Below, piece after piece: positions 34,690 to 45,446 of a stretch of 64,000 nt of DNA. Origin of the DNA: Myxococcota bacterium (GTDB taxonomy: Bacteria > Myxococcota_A > UBA9160 > JAFDDA01); NCBI GenBank assembly GCA_965228475.1, contig OZ245817.1:3412209-3476208 (forward strand). Direction: 5' to 3'. Each line of letters starts with the position of its first letter. The stretch's first letter is position 1. The notes under the pieces were generated by a model that was given only the letters and a program-made list of their open reading frames with translations, ran no database searches and had not been told where the DNA came from. The translations under genes were made by a program, and so were the position numbers.

Positions 34690-34800
34690 CAGCGGCCTCC
34701 TCTAGCTCGGGGCTGCTAGAAAGTACGAAAACTCTATATTTTCGCTATTTTTTCGTCATTTCACTGCGACCCAACGATCAAGCGCGGCACAAACATACGC
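34690..34800 (-). promoter_or_regulatory. AT-rich upstream region of the tcmP operon (probable promoter region, no motif assigned)
   Basis: The line 34741-34800 counts 29 G+C out of 60 (48%), against about 67% in neighbouring genes. It contains ctatattttcgctattttttcgtcatttc. No convincing -35/-10 pair could be placed. Confidence 0.3.
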
Positions 34801-34938
34801 CAGGGCTTCATGCCAGCCTCAAGGTCTCGGCCAGCCGCTCTTTGACGGCAAAGTGGACGCGCCCGTGCAGCCGATCGAACGACATCGGCGCGAGTCTAGT
34901 CCTCGGCTCGCGGGAGCAGAAGCGATTCGCTCGAACGG

Positions 34939-36615
<1,677 letters not shown>

Positions 36616-36718
36616 GGGGCGGAACGTAGCGGGCCAGGGAGCGTCTCTCTAGCCACGACGACCGTCGTCCGTCGAGTCTTCGGGCATCGGGTAGACTGCG
36701 GGGCGATCGGAGGTCCGG

Positions 36719-38989
36719 ATGGCTCGCTCCCTGCCCGCGCATCACGAACTGGTTCATCGCTCCTGCCCGCTGTGCGAAGCGCACTGCGGCATCTCGGTGG
36801 AGGTCGACCGCAAGGAACAGCAGGTCGTCACCGTGAAGGGCGACCCGGAGGATCCGCGCAGCCGAGGCTACATCTGCCCGAAGGCCTACGGGCTGAAGGG
36901 CCTCCACGAAGACCCGGACCGGCTGCGGCGCCCGCTGCGCCGCAAGGGCCCCCGCCCCGCCACCGGCCCCGGCGATTTCGAGGAGATCTCCTGGGAGGAG
37001 GCCTTCGACCTCGTCGCCGAGCGGCTCTCGGGCCTGCGCGAAGCCCACGGCGCGAACAGCATCGCCACCTACATCGGCAACCCGACCGCCCACGACCTCG
37101 GCTCCGTGATCTACGGCCAGACCTTCCAGCGCGCCCTCGGCACGAAGTGGCGCTTCTCCGCGAGCAGCGTCGACCAGCTGCCGAAGATGCTCTCGAGCGC
37201 GTTCATGTATGGGAGCCCGCTGGCGTTCCCGGTGCCGGATCTCGACCGCACGGATCACCTGCTCATGCTCGGCGCGAACCCGCTCGTCTCGAACGGAAGC
37301 CTTTGTACCGCGCCCGACTTCAAGGGCCGGCTCGAGGCGATCCGCGCACGCGGCGGCAAGCTCATCGTCGTCGACCCGCGTCGCACGGAGACCGCGGCGA
37401 TCGCCGACCGGTGGGTGCCGATCCGCCCCGGCGCCGACGCCTACCTCCTCTTCGCCATGGCGAACGTGCTGTTCGAGGAAGGCCTCGTCCGGCTCGGCGC
37501 CCTGGAAGGCTTCACCAACGGCGTCGAAGAGGTGCGCACCCTCGCCAAGGAGTTCACCCCCGAGGCCGTGGCCGACGCCACGGGCATCCCTCCGGAGACC
37601 ACGCGGGAGCTGGCCCGGGAGCTCGCCGCCGCCGAGCGCGCCGTCTGTTACGGCCGCATCGGGACCTGCACCCAGGCCTTCGGCAGCCTCGCGAGCTGGC
37701 TGGTCGACGTCGTGAACGCCCTCGCCGGCAACGTCGACGTGCCGGGCGGTGCCATGTGGCCGCGCGCGGCCTCCGGCGCGGCGAACGACCCGCCGCGATC
37801 GCCGGGCCCGGTGCCCTATGCGCGCTGGCGCACGAACGTGCGGGGACTGCCGGAGTTCAACGGCGAACTCCCGGTCGCCGCCCTGGCCGAGGAGATCGAC
37901 GAAGCACCCGAGGACGTGCGCGTGCGCGCGCTCGCCACCATCGCGGGCAACCCCGTGCTCTCGACGCCGAACGGCGAGCGCCTCGGCCGCGCCCTCGAGG
38001 GCCTCGACTTCATGGTGTGCGTCGACCTCTACCTGAACGAGACCACACGCTACGCCGACGTGATCCTCCCGCCGACGGGCCACCTCGAACACTCGAACTA
38101 CGAGATGGTCTTCGACATGGTCTCCGTGCGGCACTGGAGCAAGTTCTCGCCCCAGGTGATGCCGAAGCCCGAGGGCACGAAGCACGTCCACGAGATCCTG
38201 ACCGAGATCGCCGCCCGCCTTTCGGGCGTCGGGCCCGAGGTCGTCGAGCAGGTGATGCTCGCGGCACTGCTGCCCGCGACGGTCGGCGGCCCGCGGACCG
38301 CGTGTCCGGAAACGAGCGAGGCCGAGGCCCGCGAAGCCCTCGGCGACGAGCCCGGCCCCGAGCGGCTGCTCGACCTCATGCTCCGCGCAGGCCCGTACGG
38401 CGACCGGTTCGGCGAGCGCGAGGAGGGCCTCTCGCTCGAGGCCGTTCGCACCGCCGAGCACGGCATCGACATCGGGCCGATGGAGCCGCGCCTGCCCGGC
38501 ATGCTCGCCACCGAGAGCGGGCGCCTCGAGCTCGCCCCGGAGGTGCTCGTGGCGGACGTCGAACGCCTGCGGGCCGAGCTCCCCGAGCGCTCCCAGCGCG
38601 ACGGGCTCGTGCTGATCGGCCGCCGGAACATCCGCTCGAACAACAGCTGGATGCACAACCTCCCCTCCCTCGCGAAGGGGCCGGAGCGCTGCACGCTGCT
38701 CGTGAACCCCGAGGACGCCGAACGGCTCGGCCTTTCGGACGGCGGCGAGGCGCGGATCCGCTCGCGCGTCGGCGAGGTCGTGGCGCCGGTCTCGGTGAGC
38801 GATGGCCTCCTTCCGGGGGTCGTGTCCCTCCCCCACGGCCACGGTCACCGCTCGCCCGGGATCCGCATGGGGGTCGCCGCGAGCCGGCCCGGGGTGAATT
38901 CGAACCTCCTGACCGACGAGTCCTGCATCGACGTGCCCTCGGGCAACGGCGTGCTCTCGGGCATCCCGGTCGAGGTCTCCCCGGCCTGA
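36719..38989 (+). CDS. Molybdopterin-dependent oxidoreductase (MopB superfamily)
   Basis: 756 aa. N-terminal CPLCEAHCG...YICPK Fe-S motif, a long MopB catalytic region and a C-terminal molybdopterin dinucleotide-binding beta-barrel (LLVNPEDAERLGL...VVSLPHGHG). Confidence 0.9.
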   Translation: MARSLPAHHELVHRSCPLCEAHCGISVEVDRKEQQVVTVKGDPEDPRSRGYICPKAYGLKGLHEDPDRLRRPLRRKGPRPATGPGDFEEISWEEAFDLVAERLSGLREAHGANSIATYIGNPTAHDLGSVIYGQTFQRALGTKWRFSASSVDQLPKMLSSAFMYGSPLAFPVPDLDRTDHLLMLGANPLVSNGSLCTAPDFKGRLEAIRARGGKLIVVDPRRTETAAIADRWVPIRPGADAYLLFAMANVLFEEGLVRLGALEGFTNGVEEVRTLAKEFTPEAVADATGIPPETTRELARELAAAERAVCYGRIGTCTQAFGSLASWLVDVVNALAGNVDVPGGAMWPRAASGAANDPPRSPGPVPYARWRTNVRGLPEFNGELPVAALAEEIDEAPEDVRVRALATIAGNPVLSTPNGERLGRALEGLDFMVCVDLYLNETTRYADVILPPTGHLEHSNYEMVFDMVSVRHWSKFSPQVMPKPEGTKHVHEILTEIAARLSGVGPEVVEQVMLAALLPATVGGPRTACPETSEAEAREALGDEPGPERLLDLMLRAGPYGDRFGEREEGLSLEAVRTAEHGIDIGPMEPRLPGMLATESGRLELAPEVLVADVERLRAELPERSQRDGLVLIGRRNIRSNNSWMHNLPSLAKGPERCTLLVNPEDAERLGLSDGGEARIRSRVGEVVAPVSVSDGLLPGVVSLPHGHGHRSPGIRMGVAASRPGVNSNLLTDESCIDVPSGNGVLSGIPVEVSPA

Positions 38990-39155
38990 GGCACCCCGGG
39001 CGCCGGGCCCCGCCCCGCCGAGACCGGTTCGCCCGGGAGGCGGCGGTCAGGGGACCGGGCCCGGTTTGGACTCAAGGGAATCCCGGATCCGCCGATTCGG
39101 GTGCGAGTTGCGCGTGAATTGCGAACGCTCCCCCCGCCCCCCGCGGAGGATTCCC

Positions 39156-39434
39156 ATGCATCGTCTCATCCTGGTCGGCCTCGCCGCTGCGTTCCTGCCG
39201 GCGTCCGGCTGCGCCAAGGCGCCCGTCGTCGCCAACACCTCGGCCGTCGAGCTGCCGCCGGTCAATGCGGGCCCCTCGCCCTGCGACCTCCTGTTCGAGC
39301 GCCTGCGCGGCGCCCAGCCGGCCTCCGCCCAGGCGGCCTGGTTCGGCGGCCCCGAGCGCATGGCCGAGGCGCACCGCGTCCGCGCCCTCGAAGCGCGCGC
39401 CGCGGCGCTCGGCTGCGGCCTGCCGCGCAGCTAG
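39156..39434 (+). CDS. Small lipoprotein, paralog 1 (92 aa)
   Basis: ATG 39156 with GGAGGA 5 nt upstream. Lipobox FLPASGC. Two further Cys residues. C-terminus RVRALEARAAALGCGLPRS. Confidence 0.5.
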   Translation: MHRLILVGLAAAFLPASGCAKAPVVANTSAVELPPVNAGPSPCDLLFERLRGAQPASAQAAWFGGPERMAEAHRVRALEARAAALGCGLPRS

Positions 39435-39591
39435 GCCAATCGCCGGGCGGCAGGCCGCCCGCAGAACACACCCGAAAGCGGCGACGCGCTTCGCGCCGTC
39501 GGCGTGCTGGGTTTCGCCCTCAAGGGTTCCGCCGAGACGGCCGATCCATGGAGGAAGCCCAACACTCGACGTTGGCGAAGAAGAGCCCCCC

Positions 39592-39918
39592 ATGCGCAAC
39601 GCACTCGTCCGTCTTTCCCTCGGTCTCGTTCTCGGCCTCGGTTCCGGCTGCGCCGGCACCCTTCCGGAGGCCGCGCCGACGCCTCGCCAAGGCGCCACCC
39701 AGGCGGCCCAGCCCGATCTCGCGGTGGCCGGCTGGCGCGTCCCCTTCCAGTGCCTCGAGCTCTCGGAGCGAATCGAAGCGAGCCAGACCCGCCTCTACGA
39801 GCGGGTCTCGGGCGTGCTCTCGACCGACCGCGCCACCGACGAGCGCCGCCTGCGCTCCCTCGAGGCGCGCGCGGACGAGCTCGGCTGCCTGGTCCCGGGA
39901 TCGCCCCATACCTACTGA
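39592..39918 (+). CDS. Small lipoprotein, paralog 2 (108 aa)
   Basis: ATG 39592. Lipobox LGLGSGC. Two further Cys residues. C-terminus RLRSLEARADELGCLVPGS parallels the preceding gene. Confidence 0.5.
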   Translation: MRNALVRLSLGLVLGLGSGCAGTLPEAAPTPRQGATQAAQPDLAVAGWRVPFQCLELSERIEASQTRLYERVSGVLSTDRATDERRLRSLEARADELGCLVPGSPHTY

Positions 39919-39936
39919 GGGCGCGCGGCCGGCCGG

Positions 39937-40827
39937 CTAGTCCGCGCCCTCGGACGGTGCTTCGGCGTCGGTCAGCAGCATCAGGCTCGAGGTGTCGAAG
40001 CGGCCGCCGCCGCGTTCCTGCACGCGCTCGTAGAAGCCGTCGACGATCTTCGCGACCGGCAACGGCGCCCCGTTGCGTTCCGCCTCGGCGAAGGCCATGC
40101 CGAGATCCTTGCGCATCCAGTCGACGGCGAAGCCGAAGTCGAACTCGCTGGCGATCATCGTCCGGGCGCGCGCATCCATCTGCCAGGATTGCGCCGCGCC
40201 CTTCGAGATCACCTCGACCACGCGCTCCGGGTCGAGCCCGGCCCGCCGCGCGAAGCCGAGCCCCTCGGCGAGCCCCTGCACCGCGCCCGCGATGCAGATC
40301 TGGTTGACCATCTTGGTGAGCTGGCCGGCTCCGGCCGGCCCCATCCGGACCGCCGTTCGCGCGTAGTGCGCGAGCAGCGGGCGGACACGTTCGAAATCCG
40401 CTTCCTCGCCGCCCACCATCGTGGTGAGCTGGCCCTTGCGGGCGCCCTCCTCCCCGCCCGAGACCGGCGCATCGAGGAAGGCTACGCCGCGCGCCGCCGC
40501 GGCCTCGGCGAGTTCGCCCGCGATCTCGGCCGAAGCGGTCGTGTGGTCGACGAGCACGCTGCCGTCGGAGAGAGCCTCGAGCGCACCCTCGGTGCCGAGC
40601 AGGACGGCGCGCAGGTCGTCGTCGTTCCCCGTGCAGACGAACAGGACGTCCGCCCCGGCGGCGGCCTCGGCCGGCGTTTCCGCCGCGGCGCCGCCGAACT
40701 CCCGGACCCACTCCCGGGCCCGCTCGGCCGTGCGGTTGTAGACGCGGACGTCGTGCCCCGCGCGCGCGAGGTGTCCCGCCATCGGATACCCCATCCGCCC
40801 GAGACAAAGGAACGCGATCTTCTCCAC
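39937..40827 (-). CDS. NAD(P)-dependent oxidoreductase (3-hydroxyisobutyrate / 6-phosphogluconate dehydrogenase-like)
   Basis: GTG 40827 with GGAGGG 7 nt upstream. IAFLCLGRMGYPMAGHL Rossmann motif, DAPVSGG and GAGQLTKMVNQ. Confidence 0.85.
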   Translation of the reverse strand: MEKIAFLCLGRMGYPMAGHLARAGHDVRVYNRTAERAREWVREFGGAAAETPAEAAAGADVLFVCTGNDDDLRAVLLGTEGALEALSDGSVLVDHTTASAEIAGELAEAAAARGVAFLDAPVSGGEEGARKGQLTTMVGGEEADFERVRPLLAHYARTAVRMGPAGAGQLTKMVNQICIAGAVQGLAEGLGFARRAGLDPERVVEVISKGAAQSWQMDARARTMIASEFDFGFAVDWMRKDLGMAFAEAERNGAPLPVAKIVDGFYERVQERGGGRFDTSSLMLLTDAEAPSEGAD

Positions 40828-40871
40828 CTTCGAGCCCTCCTGCCGAGAGGGCGGCAAGCTAGCATCACCGG

Positions 40872-41786
40872 ATGCAACGCATCGTTTCGCTGCTGCCGAG
40901 CCTGACGGAGATCGTCTGCGAGATCGGCCTCGGTCCCGCGCTCGTCGGTCGCTCCCACGAGTGCGACTTCCCGGAAGACCTCGGCGAAGTGCCGGTGCTG
41001 ACGGAAGCCAAGCTCGATGCCGAGGCGCCGAGCGGCGCGATCGATGCCCGCGTCCGGGAGCTCGTCGAGCGCGGGCTCTCGGTCTACCGCGTGGATCCGG
41101 AGCGCCTGCGCGAAGTGGCGCCGGACGTGATCCTGACCCAGGACCACTGCGAAGTCTGCGCCGCGAGCCTCGCCGACGTCGAGGCCGCCCTCGCCGAATG
41201 GACGGGCGCGGCCCCGCGCGTCGTCTCGGTCGCTCCCAAGCGCTTGACCGAAGTGCTTTCGAGTTTCGGCCGCATCGGCCGGGAACTCGGCGAGACCGAC
41301 GCCGGCTTCGCGCTCTCCGCACGCGTGCTCGGCGGCATGGAGGAGATCGCCGCGCGCACCCATGCCATTCCCAACCCGCCGAAGGTCGCGTGCATCGAGT
41401 GGCTCGACCCCCTGATGGGCGCGGGCAACTGGATGCCCGAGCTCATCGGCATGGCCGGGGGCGAACCGCTCTTCGGCGATGCGGGCGAACACTCCCCGTG
41501 GATCGACGCGGTGACGCTCGCCGAGGCGGACCCGGACGTCCTGCTCCTCGTCCCCTGCGGCTTCGACGTCGCCCGAACGCGCGCCGAACTCGAAGGCCTT
41601 CCGGGACGGGAGGAGCTACTCGGCCTGCGCGCGGTGGCCGCCGGGCGCGCCTTCGTCGCCGACGGCAACGCCTACTTCAACCGGTCCGGGCCGCGCCTGC
41701 TCGACTCCCTCGAGATCCTCGCCGAGATCCTGCACCCGAGCCGTTTCCCGGCGCGGCACGAAGGCTCCGGCTGGCAGCGCCTCTAG
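40872..41786 (+). CDS. Cobalamin-binding / BtuF-like periplasmic-binding-fold protein (no signal peptide seen)
   Basis: RIVSLLPSLTEIVCEIGLG..LVGRSHECDFP, DVILTQDHCEVC and GNWMPELIGMAGGE resemble class-8 substrate-binding proteins annotated as cobalamin-binding. Confidence 0.7.
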   Translation: MQRIVSLLPSLTEIVCEIGLGPALVGRSHECDFPEDLGEVPVLTEAKLDAEAPSGAIDARVRELVERGLSVYRVDPERLREVAPDVILTQDHCEVCAASLADVEAALAEWTGAAPRVVSVAPKRLTEVLSSFGRIGRELGETDAGFALSARVLGGMEEIAARTHAIPNPPKVACIEWLDPLMGAGNWMPELIGMAGGEPLFGDAGEHSPWIDAVTLAEADPDVLLLVPCGFDVARTRAELEGLPGREELLGLRAVAAGRAFVADGNAYFNRSGPRLLDSLEILAEILHPSRFPARHEGSGWQRL

Positions 41787-42907
41787 TCCGCGACCGCCCC
41801 GCCCAGGAAGCGATCCGGCAGGAACGCCTTGGCGTCCTCGGCCGTCGCCTGGCCGGAGATCCAATCGACGATGATCTCGCCGGTCACCGGCGAGAGCAGG
41901 ACGCCGTTGCGGTGATGACCCGCCGCCAGCGCCAGCCCCTCGACGCCGGGCACCGGGCCGAGGAGCGGGAAGCCGTCGGGCGTGCCGGGGCGGAGCCCCG
42001 CCCAGGCCGTGCGGAAGGTCGCGTCGCCGAGCCCGGGAAGCAGCGCGCGCCCGATCGCCAATAGCTGGTTGACGCCCTCGGCCGTCACGCGGGCGTCGAA
42101 ACCGACCCGCTCCTCGGTCGCGCCGAGCACGACGCTGCCGTCGCGTTTCGGGACGGCGTAGCCTCCGGCGCCGCGGAGCATGTGGCCGAGTTTCGGGGTC
42201 GGAGGGTCGAGCGAAAGGATCTGACCGCGCACGGGCTCGACGGGCGGAAGCGTCGAACCCTCGGGCCAAACGCCCGCGAGACCCGACCAGGCCCCCGCAC
42301 AGAACACCACCCGCGGCGTCGACCAGGCCCCGTCGGCGCTGTCCACCCCCGTGATCCGGCCGCCCTCGACGCGGACCCCGGTGACCTCGCAGCCGGTCTC
42401 GATGCGTGCGCCGAAGCGCCGCGCGGCCGTCGCGTAGGCACGGACCAGCAGCGGACTCCGGACGTGGGCTTCGTCCGGGCAGAAGAGCGCACCGAGTGCT
42501 TCCGGGGAGACCGCGGCTTCGCTGGCTCGCAGGGCTGACGCGTCGAGCCACTCCCCGACGCCCTCGCCAGCGGCGCGCGCCTCGAGAGAAGCGGCCTCGC
42601 CTTCCTCGTGCGCCAGGACGAGCGTGCCGCAGCGTTCCCACTCGCAGTCGACCCCGGAGCGGTCGAGCAGCTCCTTCGCGAGCGGGGCGAAACGTTCGTG
42701 GCTGCGCTCGGCGAGGGCGCGGAACGCCCCCTCCGCGACGGCCTCGCTGCGCGGCGCCAGCATCCCGGCCGCAGCGCCCGACGCGCCCGCGGCGAGGGCG
42801 TCGCGTTCGAGGAGCGTCACCTCGATTCCCTCGCGCGCGAGGTGGAAGGCGACGCTCGTTCCGATGACGCCGCCTCCGACGACGACGACTTCACTCGTTC
42901 GCATCAT
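41783..42907 (-). CDS. thiO: FAD-dependent glycine oxidase-like oxidoreductase
   Basis: VVVVGGGVIGTSVAFHLAREGIEVTLLE dinucleotide fold and C-terminal AAGHHRNGVLLSPVTG, as in ThiO/DAO-family enzymes. The specific ThiO assignment is tentative. Confidence 0.7.
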   Translation of the reverse strand: MMRTSEVVVVGGGVIGTSVAFHLAREGIEVTLLERDALAAGASGAAAGMLAPRSEAVAEGAFRALAERSHERFAPLAKELLDRSGVDCEWERCGTLVLAHEEGEAASLEARAAGEGVGEWLDASALRASEAAVSPEALGALFCPDEAHVRSPLLVRAYATAARRFGARIETGCEVTGVRVEGGRITGVDSADGAWSTPRVVFCAGAWSGLAGVWPEGSTLPPVEPVRGQILSLDPPTPKLGHMLRGAGGYAVPKRDGSVVLGATEERVGFDARVTAEGVNQLLAIGRALLPGLGDATFRTAWAGLRPGTPDGFPLLGPVPGVEGLALAAGHHRNGVLLSPVTGEIIVDWISGQATAEDAKAFLPDRFLGGAVAD

Positions 42908-42999
42908 CCGAGGTTAGCGCCCCCTCGGCGGCGAGGGCCTCCGCGCGAGCCAACCGCCCGCCGTCTTCCGACGACGGGCGGCAAGCTCCCGCGTTGGCG

Positions 43000-44019
43000 C
43001 TAGAAGGCGTACTGCCAGCCGACGGTCGCGATCCAATCCGTCTCGAGCTGCGGGCCGTCGAGGGATTGGTGGACCGGGCGCGCGATCTCGATCGCGAGCC
43101 GATTCCCCGCCAGCGGACCGTCCGGCACGACGAAGTTCAAGCCGAGGGCCGCGTCCACGCGCCGGCCCGCCCGCAGGGCGGTGTCGGCGGTCGGGACGAA
43201 GTTCTCGTTGAAGTCGTCGTCGTCCCCGACGATGTCCTTCCACTTCTCGAAGGCCAGGCGGACCGAAGCCGAGACCCACTGGACGATCTCGTACTCCACC
43301 CAGCCGGTCGCCATCATGCGATGCCCGAGCCGGTAGCCCTCCCGGTTCCGGCCGATGCGGTACGTCCCCTTCACCTGGCTGCCGAGGCGGAACCGGCCGA
43401 AGTGGCCGTTCCAGGTGAGACCGGGCTGGAAGTCCGGCGTCCCCGAGCCGAGCTGCATCGGGTACGGGAGCTTCACCCGCTCCCCCCCGGTGAAGGGCAG
43501 GTTGTCCTCCGCCCGCAGCGTGCCCGTCGGCGCGCTCATGCCGATGTCGAGCAGGAGCTCGTTCTGCTGACCGGCGAAGACCCGGGCCAGCATCGAGAGC
43601 TTCACGTCCCCGAGCCCCTTCGAGCGCGTCGTGAAGCTGCCGCCCATGCGGGTGCGGTGCTCCATGTCGAGGCGCAGGAAGGGCACCATCGCCATCAGGG
43701 TGATCTCGTCGCTCGGGGCCCACATGGCGCCGAGCATGTGCATCTCCATGTCCATGGCGGTGGGCGTCACCGGGAAGTTCGCCAGGACGTCCGAGGCGCT
43801 CTGGCGCTCCGTCCCGTCGCGGTTGCCGCGCATGCTCATGAACATGAATCGATAGGAGAGCATGACCTCTCCCGCTTTGTGGACGTGTTCTCCCATCACG
43901 CCGATCGGCGCGTGGGTGATGGCGTGATGCCCGTCGGCCCGGACCGTCCCGGGCAGCCAGACGGACGTACACAGCGCGGCCGCACACGCGGCGGCCGCCA
44001 CACGAATCGCTCGTGTCAC
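43000..44019 (-). CDS. Met/His-rich outer-membrane beta-barrel (MetA-pathway/phenol-degradation-like transporter family)
   Basis: Signal peptide AAALCTSVWLPGTVRA|DGHH. HAPIGVMGEHVHKAGEVMLSYRFMFMSMRGN is the family opening I remember for Pfam PF13557. C-terminus VGWQYAF. Confidence 0.7.
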   Translation of the reverse strand: MTRAIRVAAAACAAALCTSVWLPGTVRADGHHAITHAPIGVMGEHVHKAGEVMLSYRFMFMSMRGNRDGTERQSASDVLANFPVTPTAMDMEMHMLGAMWAPSDEITLMAMVPFLRLDMEHRTRMGGSFTTRSKGLGDVKLSMLARVFAGQQNELLLDIGMSAPTGTLRAEDNLPFTGGERVKLPYPMQLGSGTPDFQPGLTWNGHFGRFRLGSQVKGTYRIGRNREGYRLGHRMMATGWVEYEIVQWVSASVRLAFEKWKDIVGDDDDFNENFVPTADTALRAGRRVDAALGLNFVVPDGPLAGNRLAIEIARPVHQSLDGPQLETDWIATVGWQYAF

Positions 44020-44082
44020 GAATGTCTCCTCGCGCGGGCTGCCCGAGGGCGCCCGCGAACCGTTCGATACTTCGAAGATGGA

Positions 44083-44577
44083 TCAGACGGTTCGGGAGAG
44101 AATCGGGACGGGTTCGGGCGGGTCGGCGATTGCCTCGACCCAACGGGGAGCGGGCGGGGCTCCGAGCCTTTCGATCGCCGGTACGGCGATGGGCGGGCGC
44201 GCAGCGAGCAGGCCCCGGTCGAGCCGCTGGCCGGTCACGGGCGACGGGGCGTCGCCATTGCAGCCGCAGGGGCACACGGCCTTGAAGGCGGGAGTGGATT
44301 CCTCGCCACGAGGGCGGTGCATTCCGGAGCCCGCCCCGTGATGCGCGTGGTCCGCCCCGCGGCCCGAAGCACCATGCTCGTGTCGTTCGTGATGCGCGTG
44401 GGGAATCGCGTGACCTTCGACCTCGCGCGCGTGGGCGTGCCCGTCGCCGTGGCCTGCGTGGCTCGCGTGGGCATCGACGGTCGCGTGCTCGCCGCCCGCG
44501 GGCATGCACGGGACCGAGACCGCGCCGAGGTAGGCAGCCACGAAGGCGAGCAGGACGGTGCGCAGCGCGGGAGTCAC
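44083..44577 (-). CDS. Secreted His-rich protein with CPCGC motif (putative metal-binding)
   Basis: GTG 44577. Signal-like N-terminus LRTVLLAFVAAYLGAVSV. 16 His occur in about 60 residues (HATVDAHASHAGHGDGHAHAREVEGHAIPHAHHERHEHG...DHAHHGAGSGMH), followed by KAVCPCGCNG. It lies 63 nt upstream of the barrel gene on the same strand. Confidence 0.55.
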   Translation of the reverse strand: MTPALRTVLLAFVAAYLGAVSVPCMPAGGEHATVDAHASHAGHGDGHAHAREVEGHAIPHAHHERHEHGASGRGADHAHHGAGSGMHRPRGEESTPAFKAVCPCGCNGDAPSPVTGQRLDRGLLAARPPIAVPAIERLGAPPAPRWVEAIADPPEPVPILSRTV

Positions 44578-44612
44578 GCGCAGAGCCTACGGCGGGGAGG
44601 GACCCACCGCCA

Positions 44613-45446
44613 TCATCCGCCGAGGTCGGCTTCGAACCTTTCGGGAAGCTGGGCCAGGTCGAATCGGAAACTGCGGCGAAACGTCACGCCGATGCGGCCG
44701 TGGCGCACGGTGTTCCGGACGAAATCTCGGAGATCCCGCTCTCCGTGGCGCCGAGCGAGGTACTCGATCATTCCGTAGCTCTGGAGGTAGGCGAAGCCCG
44801 CCGCCTGCGGCCCGAACCCCGCGAGGCTCGGCGCGGAGAGGTCCGCGAGGCGGAAGAGCGCCCCGGCCCGCGACGCGCGCTGGAGCGCGCTCAGCTCGTG
44901 CGCCGAGAGTCGGCGCTTGCCGATGGCGCGGGCCTCGAACCATTCGGCAACGCCTTCGTTCAACCACGCCGGCAGGACGAGGGAGGGGGCGAGCTGGTCG
45001 AAGGCGGCGTGGACGAGTTCGTGGTGCAGGACCCGCTCGAGGTAGGTCGTCAGCTGGGTTTCACCGCGGATGCGGATCACGCCGTGGTAGAAGCCCGCCG
45101 CGGGGAAGCGGAAATAGCCGGCGAACTCCGCGTCGAAGATCGCGGGGTCGTAGACCGCGACGGTGATCGGCCGCTCCGGGCGGAGGCCGAGATACTGGTG
45201 CAGGCGGTCGTGGGCCCGCTCGAGCGCTTCGAGCACCTGCCGCTCGAAGCGGAGCGATCCGTGGAAGCCGCCGCGCCGGTCGATGGCGACGTCCTGGAGC
45301 AGGACGAAGTGGGTGGTGCGGCGTTCGCTCCACTCCCCGTCGGCGCCGCGTGCGGCCGCCGGGCCCGGCAGCATGACGGCGCCCGCCAGGGCGACCGCCG
45401 CCGCCAGACGGGCGACGGCCGGGCTCTTCGTCGGCCTCACCCTCAC
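44613..45446 (-). CDS. Peptidase MA-like zinc metalloprotease (secreted)
   Basis: GTG 45446, in a GTGA overlap with the aldo/keto reductase stop. Signal peptide VARLAAAVALAGAVMLPGPAAA. HExxH motif as VLHHELVHA with downstream NEGVAEW. Confidence 0.6.
   Translation of the reverse strand: MRVRPTKSPAVARLAAAVALAGAVMLPGPAAARGADGEWSERRTTHFVLLQDVAIDRRGGFHGSLRFERQVLEALERAHDRLHQYLGLRPERPITVAVYDPAIFDAEFAGYFRFPAAGFYHGVIRIRGETQLTTYLERVLHHELVHAAFDQLAPSLVLPAWLNEGVAEWFEARAIGKRRLSAHELSALQRASRAGALFRLADLSAPSLAGFGPQAAGFAYLQSYGMIEYLARRHGERDLRDFVRNTVRHGRIGVTFRRSFRFDLAQLPERFEADLGG

Noticed and set aside
34808-34885. 25-codon reverse-strand ORF (MSFDRLHGRVHFAVKERLAETLRLA) between tcmP and ettA
   Set aside because: Too short, with no RBS and no recognisable family. 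It is not called as a gene and is mentioned only as a possible remnant at the islet border.
42908-42999. Looked for a TPP riboswitch upstream of the thiO-like gene
   Set aside because: No CUGAGA / ACCUGAUCUGGAUAAUGCCAGCG-type core is present. The region contains only short GC hairpins (for example CCCTCG-GCGG-CGAGGG), which could equally be the 3' end of the convergently placed barrel gene.
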